The translations under genes were made by a program, and so were the position numbers. The notes beneath the pieces are model-generated. The model was not told where the DNA came from and did not search any database. It saw only the letters and a list, made by a program, of their open reading frames with translations. Below, one piece after another: positions 25,771 through 36,529 of a stretch of DNA of 64,000 bases. Location of the stretch: assembly GCF_030144855.1 (NCBI RefSeq), contig NC_082733.1, positions 5,394,001-5,458,000 on the forward strand, in the 5' to 3' direction. Every line of letters starts with the position of its first letter. Within the stretch, counting starts at the first letter, position 1. Source of the stretch: Hypanus sabinus. Its lineage: Eukaryota.

Positions 25771-27085
25771 ACCTATTTTGGCAAAAAACTGTTTGTAATA
25801 TCTTTATTTTACTCTTCTCTCTCACCTTTGAAAATCAAGTTACAACTTCATTTAGATGCCGGAAAGAGTCATATGGGAAGACGTACACCTTCAAAGACAC
25901 ATGAAGTTTGATCCTATGACAAGTTCTGAGTCTTCTCACCTGGCTGTTTCCTGCCTTTTGCCTGATTTTTTTAAATCAACTGTTTTGAAGGCTGGTGGAA
26001 GCTCTATTCCCTCATGGCAATGTGAGAACATTACCACAATGCCAGGATCTTCAATCTGCCAAAGGAGTTTGATGCTCTTCCACTGTATGTTTACTAAAGT
26101 CAGAGTATTCCACAATGTGCAAAGGAAACCTGGCTTCAAGTTTCTTTGACTAACTTTGTTACCTGTGCATTTAAGAAATTTGCTGCTGATGGTGGCTCTT
26201 TTAAAGGAAAATAAAAGTAAAGATTGGCATAGAGACCTGGGGGATCAACCAAAATCTTATTGAATACTGTTCTTCCTGCCCCCATGCTTTGGTTCTAAGA
26301 AAGTGCTCTATCCAACCTAACAGCGGCTTGGTTTATCAAAACTTTCGCTTTAGTCTCCACCAAAAAGAAAAGTCGCTTTCAATAAACAAATTCCAAAAAA
26401 GAAAATCAGAGTAATTTGCTCATACTTTCTAAAACTGTATCCTCATCTTCATATCAGTTCATGGTTTACCAACGTTCAGAAAACTCCCACATCCATCCAG
26501 AAAACAGAAGCTGTAGGCAGGGGTTGAACAAAAGGCAGAACATATGGTTCAATTGTTTCCGTTATCTGAGGGAAAAGAAAGTCTGTCAGTTATTACTGCA
26601 TTATATTCCTTCATAAAAGTCAGCCTGCCAACCTCCACATCAGTCCTTACCACAAAGTCTCACACAAACTTTAGGCCTTTAAAAAGACTAATATCTGCTT
26701 TTTCATTTGTTGTATTGACAAATTTTGTCTAAGCTCTAGAGATATTGGCAGAATTACCTCTGGAATAGTGTGCAATAACTTATAACCTCTATGTTATAGA
26801 ATCGCTATATTTTTATTACATTCCATTTCCCACTTCAAAAACAGAAATATAAAGAACTAAAAAACTTAATAAAATTCTAAAGCAAGTATTTTATCCATTA
26901 TGGATACATGCTGTGGTTATGCTTCTGACCCCCTACCACTACCACACAATGTAATCCTGGAAACTGTATCTATTATCCAGTATGCCAAATTTATACAGCC
27001 AAGCTGTGCACAAAAATGATTTGACCCAGGTTAGATCACACTCCTGATCAGATCTAAATGAAATTGGCTTGGACACTTTCACACT

Positions 27086-29640
27086 TAGAATCAGGATCAG
27101 GTTTATTATTAGTGTCTTATGTTACATGAAATTCTGTAACTGCAGCAGCAATCAAGTGTAAAGACAAAGTTAGTTTAAATTACAACATAAATAAATTGTA
27201 CTTAAGAAAAGAGTAATGAAGTGACGTTCATGATTTCATGCACTGTGCAGAAGATGGAGGGGAAGACACTGTTCCTGAATCATTGAGTGTGAGTCTTCAG
27301 GTCCTCTACCTCCTCTTCGACAGTAGTAATGAGAAAAGGGCATGTCCTGGATGGGGAGGGTCCTCATGAAAATGTCCTCAGTGGTGGGGAGAGCTGTGCC
27401 TGTGATGGAGCTGGCTGACTCTACAATCCTCTCCAGTCTCTTGTGATCCTGTGCATTTGGAGCTTCCATACCAAAGACTGACGTAACCAATAAGGATGCT
27501 CTCCACTGTATATCTGTAAACATTTCCAGGTGTCTTTGGTGACATCTCAAATCTCCTCAAACTCCTAATGAAATAGAGCTGCTGCCCTGCCCTCTTCATG
27601 ACTGCATCAATGTGTGAGACCAGCACATCCTCTGAGATGTTGATGTCCAGGGACTTAAAGTTGCTCATCCTTTTCACTACTGACCCCTCAATGACGACTG
27701 GTAGAGTTCTTCTAACTTCTCCTTCCTCTCAATTCCTTGGTCTTGCTGACTGAGCGCAAGATTATTGTTGTGCCACCGCTTACCCTGCCAATCTATCTCA
27801 CTCCAAAATGCCTCCTCATCACTCTCTGAGGTTTTACCAAAAATAATGCTATCATTTGAAAATTGAGCTGTGCTTGGCCATGCAGTCATGAGTGTAGAGA
27901 GTAGAGCAGTAGGTGCACTGCTTGAGGTGTGCCTGTGTTGACTGTCTGTGAGGAGGAGATGTGATTATCAATCCAGACTGACTGTGATCTCCTGATGAGG
28001 ATCTAGTTGCAGAGCGTGATATAGAGTACCAGGTTTAAAAGCTTAGGGATTAATACTTAGGGGAGGATGGTACGAGCCGTAATCAATAAACAGTATATTT
28101 CACTGTGGTCTAGGTGCTCCAAAGCAGAGTGAATTGAATTAACACGAGGAAATCTGCAGATGCTGGAAATTCAAACAACACACACAAAATGCTGGTGGAA
28201 CACAGCAGGCCAGCCAGCATCTGTAGGGAGAAGTGCTGTTGACGTTTCGGGCCGAGACCCTTCGTCAAGACTAAGGGTCTCCGCCCGAAATGTCGACAGT
28301 GCTTCTCCCTATGGATGCTGCCTGGCCTGCTGTGTTCTACCAGCATTTTGTGTGTGTTGTGTGAATTGAATTAAATTGGCTTTATTACTTAAATCCTTCA
28401 TATAGATGAGGAGTAAAAATCTTCATGTTACGTCTCCATCTAAATGTGCAATGTGCAAATTATAGTAGATAAATAGTATGTACAACAGGATGGTCAATAT
28501 AATATAGAAATACAGTTGTGTTAGCATGAATTTAGCAGTCTGATGGCCTGGTAGAAGAAGTTGTCCTGGAGCCTGTTGGCCATAGCTTTTATACTGCGGT
28601 ATCATTTCCCAGATGGCAGCAGCTGAAACAGTTTGTGGTTGAGGTGACTCGGCTCCCCACTGATCCTTCGGGCCCTTTTTACGCACCTATCTTTGTAAAT
28701 GTCCTGAATAGTGGGAAGTTCACATCTACAGATGCGCTGGGCTGTCTGTACCACTATCTGCAGAGTTCTTCAATTGAAGGAAGTACAGTTCCCGTACCAG
28801 GCAGTGATGCAGCCAGTCAGGATGCTCTCAATTGTGCCCCTATAGAAAGTTCTTAGGATCTGGGGGCCCATACCAAACTTCCTCAACCGTCTGAGTGAAA
28901 GGGGTATTGTTGTGCCTTTTTCACCACACAGCTGGTATGTACAGACCACGTGAGATTCTCAGTGATGTTTATGCCAAGGAACTTATAGTTGTTCACCCTC
29001 TCAACCCCAGATCCATTGATGTCAATAGGAGTTAGCCTGTCTCCATTCCTCCCGTAGTCCACAACCAGCTCCTTTGTTTTTGCAAAATCGAGGAGAGGTT
29101 GTTTTTTTGACATCACTGTGTCAGGGTGATGACTTCTTCTCTATAGGCTGCCTCATTATTATTTGAGATTAGCCCAATCAGTGTCGTGTCGTCAGCAAAT
29201 TTAATAAGCCGATTGGAGCTGTGGGTTCATTGTGTTACATTGACATGGTTACATTGCATTCACTGTTGCAACATGTAGCAAATTGCAGAGGTAGAAATTA
29301 ATTCTAGTCATGATCAATCTCAAGGAGCACTTCATTATGGTAGATGTGACTGCTACCAGTTGGTAGTGGTTGAGGCAGCTCTCCCTGTTCTTCTTGGGCA
29401 CTGGTATGAGTGCTGCTGTCCTTTTGCAGCAGGTGGGAACCTCAAACCACAGCAGTGAGAGGTTAGAAATGTCATTGAACACTCCAGTCAATCGGTTGAC
29501 ACAGGTTTTCAGTACCTGGCCGGGTACATCACTGCAGCCTGCCACCTTGTGAGGGGTCATGCTCTTGAAAGATGTTCCGGTGTCAGCCTCCAAGACCAGG
29601 AATCACATGGTCACTGGATGCTGTCGGGATTCTCACAGTT
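27086..29640 (-). mobile_element. Nested Rex1/Babar-like LINEs: older host (~27086-28128 and ~29245-29640) interrupted by a younger copy (~28361-29225)
   Basis: [16 protein letters not shown] (27378-27677); KTKELVVDY...FLGINITENLTWS (28883-29116); LIPVPKKN (29249-29593); (AGAATC)n and (AATTG)n tails. Confidence 0.82.
28143..28360. mobile_element. Fold-back (palindromic) Penelope-derived mini-element with a 14-bp flanking direct repeat
   Basis: Arms 28175-28262 and 28273-28360 are imperfect reverse complements; GTGAATTGAATTAA occurs at 28129-28142 and 28361-28374. Confidence 0.88.
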
Positions 29641-31772
29641 TTACAGGATTGTGTTGAATTGGCAGACTGGACCATATTCAGAGATTCATCTTCAGATCTG
29701 AATGCATATGACACATGGGTAGCATTCTAATGTATCAAATAGCACTACTTACTCACATTTCCAGAAATCCAGATTGATTCTGATTTTGCATGCTGTCGAT
29801 GTGGAGCCTTCGTATTCTTCCTGTGACCCTGTGGATTTCTATCAGATTCTCCATGTTTCCTTTCTTAAGACTAAGTTAGGTTAGACTAAGTTAGACTTAA
29901 GTTAGGTTCTTTGATTACTATAAATGATAAAGAATCAAATATCGCTGTGATGATTGTACGTTCTAGTATCAATTGTTTGGTGACAATAAAGTAAAGCAAA
30001 GTAACATAAATTATAAGTGGCAAAAAGTATTGTTGGCCAGAGAGAGCTACAGTCCACAAATCAGAGAATTCAAATGAATGAAGGACAGTGGAACTAGACA
30101 AACCAAGTTCCTTTGTTCTTGCGAATGAGGACAGGAATGGAGGCTGCCATTCTGTGAAACTGCAGTGCATCCTGTGAATGGGTTTTCCTTGGCTGAACCA
30201 GTGTTTAGGAGTAGAGGCAATGATGTCCAGGAAATGTGATGGACTCCAGACCATTTCCAAATAAGAAGTTATTTGTGAGGTGTTCTTTGGTGTGATATAA
30301 CATGCAGATTTGTGAATGGTGTGGTCTATGTCTGCCCTGAGTGATTTGAGCTGGTTACTGGTTTGGGAACTGATTTAGAACAAATACACATCAATTACCA
30401 GTTGTTGCTTGTGAAGGAAGGGCAATAAATGGATGTTGGCCAATAAGGTAAGTCAAATGGCCCACAGACAATAACACTGAAGAGCAACGTTTGAACTGGT
30501 AAGGAATGAATATAAAAGCAAAGGCTCTAGTTCCAAAAATAGTGATAATTCTCCAACCCCCAGATATGCACCATCGTAGATGTGGAGGACCCCGTGGACA
30601 CATGAAGATTAGATCGGGACCACGAGGAGCACCTGTCCAGCATTGTCTCCCTTTCCCAGTAGTACCTTTCCTTTTCCTTCACAGTTAAAAACTTAGCAGG
30701 TGTGCACACAGGTATTCAGGTGTGTAAATTCATGTGCTCTTCCATTGAGACAATAAAGGTGCTTGTTGGTAATTACAGGTTCTTCTCTGAGTGTCTCTGA
30801 TCATTATTATTAAGGGGTAGATCCTTGTAACAGAGAGTTATTGGACATCTGAGAAGAAATAGGTTGCAGAAGGGAAAATGAGGGCTGATAGGACTGCTCT
30901 GTTGGGAGTCATTCTAGACATGTCAGGCTGGATAGCATCCTAGTGTACAATTCACATAAGCTCATCTGATATTTACCATCATCAGTCATGCAACGTCAAT
31001 GTTAATGCACCTAATGAAGTCACCGGTTGTGCATAATATTTCCTCACCTTCCAGCCCTGGGGAGACCCTGAGCTTCCAGTTGCCTGTTTTTTTCCATTTA
31101 TCATCTGACTCTCACTCTGATCTTTCTATCTGCTTTATGACAATGTGGACCACCATAAGCTCAAGGAATATCTCATGTCTCATCTGTGCATGCGGCAGCC
31201 TACAGAACTCTATAAGTAATACTCTGAATTCAGATAACTCACTCTTTCTTTCTGTTTGTATCAGTACTGACCACTTGTGCTTGCTATTCTTCCACCCCCG
31301 TTTTTTACCCCTGGCCTGCTCAGCATGTTCCAGTGGGCCGGACTGCAGAACATAATGTGGATCATTGGAAGATTCCTGATAAGAAATGTGATATTTCTGG
31401 GAAATACATGTGTTATGTTCATCCCCAGGGAGACAATTAACAGTTATCATGACAGCACTATCTGGAGGAATGGATCCTGGGGAACGTTTTACTTCCCTTC
31501 CTTCAGATCGCTATTTCAGAACAAGCATAACAGCCAAATCTGGCCACAACAAGAGCCATGTAATCATCATAATCATTATAGGAAAAGTTATGCTCTCTGA
31601 AAACAAGATCCTGGTGCCTGTATCAGTCCAGGGCACCCCAAAGCATGCACCAGCAGCTCTGAAGAGCATAATTGTAAACTGCCTTCTACACAAACATGAG
31701 ATTTAAAAGTAACAGCAGGTGCCACTAGAAGAGCAGCATGAAAGCCTAGAAATGAGACACAAGGTGAAAACC

Positions 31773-31775
<3 letters not shown>

Positions 31776-31820
<45 letters not shown>
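31776..31820 (+). repeat. (GA)n microsatellite
   Basis: About 22 uninterrupted AG dinucleotides. Confidence 0.99.
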
Positions 31821-31823
<3 letters not shown>

Positions 31824-32559
31824 AAGCCCACATATAATACTGTCAGTATCTCTGGGAAAAGCAAAGGCAAAAATCATTGTCTGCACAGACACTGAGCGAT
31901 TCCCTGATAGAGAGATGCATTTTCATGTGGTGTCTCAAGTTCTATATTAGCCTCACTACCTTAACACCAGCACAGATTGTCAGTAACTAAAAAGGAAGTC
32001 CTGATAACATATTATTCTTTGCACTGCATTTGCATTGACCATAAATATACTGTATCTCTGACCCATTTAGACAAGTGGCTTGCCTGGCCCATTCTTAGTT
32101 TGTCCTGACATATCATGTAAAGATATAATTTGTTTTTCATTGCTCAAATGAGTGGAGATTTCCACATTTGAAGGAGACAACTTGAGACATCCCCTGCATT
32201 CCTCCTACAGCAGACCCAGGTGGTCTTCAGGTCACCTCCCTTCTGCTGTTTATCTCACTGATAAAAACCCGAGTCTTTCACAAGATCCTGGGGCATTTGT
32301 CCTGCCCCTTGTCCTTTGTGACAGCCCATTCTATGCATGGTTGAGGTGAGTAATGGAAAGTAACCAGCTTGTATCTGCTGAAATTAACCTTAAGGCTTGA
32401 TGCCCCTCTCAGATAGATGGCAGAAAATTGTTGGAAGCTGTATCCAATTCAATATGGTCCTGTAGGGAATTACACAGTCTCAGTTCGATTTGAGTGGTAA
32501 ACCATCACATTTCTGTGATTAATCTCCTCTTTTGTCAACTTCCTGATTTAGCTTGGGAG

Positions 32560-33640
32560 ATGTACAACCTGGAAATGAGTCAGTCAGCTCATCACCGATG
32601 AGCATTGGGCATGACGGAATGACGATGGGCATTCATCTGCATTAATCCTATCACCCAGAACTTGGTCCATACCCCTCAATACCTTAAATCATCAAGTTCT
32701 TATCTACAGATTTAAATGCTGTTAGCAACCCCATTTCCACTACACTCTTGGGCAGTGCATTCCAGGCACTCTCCACTCTCTGGGTTAAAAAGGTTCTCCT
32801 CATATCCCCTTACCTTAGATCTTTTATTTGTTGTCCTCCATTACAGAAGACTTACTGCAGACTACTCCATTAATACCCCTCATAATTTTATATACCACAA
32901 GCATGTTCATTTTTTTTTACCTCCTCTGGTCCAAGAAGAAGAGATCTTGGCAAATCTCTTCTTCATGCTCTCTAATATTATCATATCCTTCCAAGGTCCC
33001 TCTGTTCGTCATTGCTCCCTGAGGCCCATGTCATAGTCCCCCTGGAATATTTCACCTCCCATCCCTCTGGATCGAATGCTACCTGCCATTTCACTGACAC
33101 ATCAATTTCTCTCTGTAGCCTAAGACTACCTATCCATGACTTTGTAATCTTTGTGTCATCTGTGATTGTACTTCCCTCGTCCACATCCAAATCATTCACA
33201 TACAACATATTAGTAGCAGCAGGGGTCCCAGCACTGATCCCTTTGGGATACTACTAGTAACAGGCATCCAATCACCAAAATAATGCTCTGCCATCACACT
33301 CTATGTCCTACTGCTGAAGCCATTGTGGAATTGGCTTCTCAAATTGCCCAGAATCACAGGGACCATTACATTTGGACCACACTCCCATGTGGCCCTTGTG
33401 AAAGACCTTATTTAGCACCATGTAAAACACATCCACTGTTTCTTCCCTCATCTATACAGTTCAAAAATTCAATCAGATTGGTCAGACAGGATCTGCCCTT
33501 GACAAAGGCATGTTGACCCTGTCATCCTTCATAATAAATAATCCTGTCCCACAGCATTTTCTCCAATAACTTCCTTATTGTTGATATAATGCTCACAGGT
33601 TTCAAATTACCAGGCTTTTCTCTGCTGCCCTTCTTCAAAA
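32560..33640 (-). mobile_element. Old CR1 LINE fragment
   Basis: LYVNDLD...DDTKI...LQREID...WQVAF remnant (32981-33208). Confidence 0.75.
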
Positions 33641-35040
33641 GGTGGAGAAGCTGCTGGTTCGTGTCTTTTCCATTGGAGAGGCCGCTGGTTCACGTCACTT
33701 CCTGTAGAGGGGCTGCTGGTTTGAGTCACTGCCGGATTGGGTCACTGCTGGTTCAAGTTGTGGTCTTTGGCAGGGCCACTGGTCCTGTTGCTCTCGGAGA
33801 TGTTATCGGAATTCTGAGATTTATGGGTTGGACTGCAATTCATGTTAACTGTAGTTCATATTGGCCTCACTTGTGTCCAATGAGGCTTTAAAAATCTAAC
33901 CTCGAGCCCCAGCAATCTCTTCCCCTGCCTCCCACTGAGCACTGGAATAGATCCCACCAGGCCCTGGTAATTGATTTATCTATAAGCTTTCTAAGACATC
34001 AAGTATGCCCTTTTTATTTATTAGGATTAAATCTCATCTTCCTCTGGTGGATCAGGAAATTTAAATGAAGATACAAAAAAACTTCAAGCTGTGTGATGAT
34101 ATTGGGTTTGCTGACCGCTATGCACTAAACTCAAAGAAAGACTTTAAGTACTGTCAGATATAAAAGGCATGAGTGCTCTTACTAAAGGGACATTAAGTAA
34201 CCACCCAATCTTCAGAGACTAATTAACTTATTCTCATCCTTTGGGATGTTCCTTATCCCATTCCTAATAAGTCTGGATTGTTGTCAACATTTAAACCATT
34301 TTTCTGTCACTTGAGTGACTTTGCATGCATATGATGTTTCCTCAGATATTCTCTTTACACAATCTGAAAGCTTTCTGAAGACACAGTTCCCAGCTACCCA
34401 CAATTAATGCTGTAAAGCTAACTTCTTTGAGTTCATAAACCTTCCTAAATTAATAGATCAGTTATTGATATGCTAAATGATATTATCTTTCTGGTATGTC
34501 AGCTTCCTTGAACTAAGCAACTTAGTCAGCATTGTCTGTTTTGAAAATGAAAAAGTGACTAAGTGACTCTTGTCTTCTAGCTAGCAGCTGTGCATATGAA
34601 AACACAGTAAAACAGTGACTGTCAGTGTAGTTCGGAGGTGTGGAGTGTAAACGTGAAGTGGTAGTACAGGGATTATGAAGGGTGCTGAGGGGTTGGGGAG
34701 ACGAGTGGCGGTGGGGTGGGTTACTCGGTGCAACGCCCTTTTGAAAGACGTGATTAATGCTGCTTCCGCGACCCTTACAGGTAATGCATTCTACATTTCA
34801 ACGGCACAGATGTTCGTCGTGTCCCCACCCACCAATTCTGAAACGTGGGCCAAAGAGAACGGTTCATAACATTCATGATTTTAAGCATCACTCTTAAGGA
34901 ATGGACAAGCCTGATGTTGTTTACTCCACTGAGAACCACTGTTTGAAAGACAGCTGAGAGAGGGAAAAACTTCTTTATCAGAGTTCTCTCTTTCAGCAGA
35001 CTATAGATGTTTGATTTTTGAATAAAGTCAAAGGGATAAC

Positions 35041-35774
35041 ATGTTGATAGGGGAAGGGGATCGGCCATGGTCTTACTGAAATGCGCACACAAGCATCGCC
35101 CGTGGATCCCCCGCTCCAAAACCCGACAGGTTTTGTTCTCAAATCGGTCAGATTATAGATGTTGATAGGACATGGGGAAGGGGATCGGCCATGGTCTTAC
35201 TGAAATGCGCACACAAGCATCGCCCGTGGACCCCTCTACTCCAAAACCCGACAGGTTTTGTTCTCAAATCGGTCAGATTATAGATGTTGATAGGACATGG
35301 GGAAGGGGATCGGCCATGGTCTTACTGAAATGCGCACACAAGCATCGCCCGTGGACCCCTCTACTCCAAAACCCGACAGGTTTTGTTCTCAAATCGGTCA
35401 GATTATAGATGTTGATAGGACATGGGGAAGGGGATCGGCCATGGTCTTACTGAAATGCGCACACAAGCATCGCCCGTGGACCCCTCTACTCCAAAACCCG
35501 ACAGGTTTTGTTCTCAAATCGGTCAGATTATAGATGTTGATAGGACATGGGGAAGGGGATCGGCCATGGTCTTACTGAAATGCGCACACAAGCATCGCCC
35601 GTGGACCCCTCTACTCCAAAACCCGACAGGTTTTGTTCTCAAATCGGTCAGATTATAGATGTTGATAGGACATGAGGAAGGGGATCGGCCATGGTCTTAC
35701 TGAAATGCGCACACAAGCATCGCCCGTGGACCCCTCTACTCTAAAACCCGACAGGTTTTGTTCTCAAATCGGTC
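35041..35774 (+). repeat. 125-bp tandem repeat (minisatellite), ~5.9 copies
   Basis: Unit GATGTTGATAGGACATGGGGAAGGGGATCGGCCATGGTCTTACTGAAATGCGCACACAAGCATCGCCCGTGGACCCCTCTACTCCAAAACCCGACAGGTTTTGTTCTCAAATCGGTCAGATTATA; ORF starts recur at 35172, 35297, 35422 and 35672. Inner copies are identical; first and last copies are variant. Confidence 0.98.
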
Positions 35775-35897
35775 TGACTATCTATGACGTCAGGTCTCCG
35801 CCACAGCTCATTGGTCAGCGGGCGATCCTCCCGCCTCCTGCAAATCTCGCGACGTTTCTGTAGCGCGTCCCCCTGGAAACCAGACGACGGAGACGCC
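35775..35897 (+). promoter_or_regulatory. TEX9: TEX9 core promoter: CRE, inverted CCAAT, TCTCGCGA motif, RFX X-box
   Basis: TGACGTCA 35785-35792; ATTGG 35810-35814; TCTCGCGA 35845-35852 (BANP/ZBTB33-type); GTCCCCCTGGAAAC 35867-35880 (one mismatch to GTYNCCATGGNAAC). Confidence 0.75.
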
Positions 35898-35927
35898 ATG
35901 GAGAGTCGGCGGCGTCCGGTGGGCTCG
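35898..35927 (+). CDS. TEX9: TEX9 exon 1 (MESRRRPVGS)
   Basis: Strong Kozak GCCATGG in a CpG-rich promoter. Phase-0 donor TCG|GTGAGG fits the phase-0 start of exon 2; an alternative donor CCG|GTGGGC after 35918 is possible. Confidence 0.75.
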
Positions 35928-36529
35928 GTGAGGAGCGGGGTGGGGACAGTGGGGCTTCTCCGGGAGTCACTTCCCGAAACTGGGTCACTCGCTGGTGTGT
36001 CCTGCCTTTTACTGGAGCAGGGGGAGTGGAGCTGCACAGGGGCCTAACCCCAGGCCCGAGGGGACATGGGCTTTGATGCTTATTAAATATGTAACTTTCC
36101 GTGATTTAAATTCATGGACTTCAACCTTCTGGGGCTAAGATTTCCATCTGAGCACCGGCTAAACATGGGTTAAAATTGGCCCCGCTTCCCTTTCCACTAC
36201 TCCCCAACCCCGGGACTGCCAGGTTCCCTCGTCACCTTTGGGTCATCGGAGCCTCGTTCTTCCTCCCACCCCACCTTCCCTGAACACCTCCACTCTCCCC
36301 TCTTCTCGACGCCACCAACACTTCCCATCCCTCTCGCCCACCGCCTCTTCTTTGGCACCGATTCCCCAACCTGCACCCATGCCCTCCTCTCGCATCTCCA
36401 ACACTCCTCCTGGTCTTGGACACCCCGCTCCGGTTTTCTGCCTCCCCTGTGTCTTTTCATCTCTAATTGCCGACGAGACTTCAAGACCTCGACCAGCACT
36501 CCTCTTCCCTTACCTCCTCCGAACGCACT

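Noticed and set aside
23840-26750. Possible hidden gene or pseudogene between RFX7 and TEX9
   Set aside because: Only short ORFs with no recognisable protein similarity; tBLASTx or RNA-seq would be needed to support it.
31277-31706. Overlapping ~100-aa ORFs in unique-looking intergenic DNA
   Set aside because: No recognisable homology or consistent exon structure; within chance expectation.
35041-35774. CRISPR-like array or repeated 78-aa protein (MGKGIGHGLTEMRTQ...)
   Set aside because: Units are contiguous and identical with no unique spacers, there are no cas genes, and the context is vertebrate. The unit length 125 is not a multiple of 3, so the ORFs are by-products of the tandem repeat.
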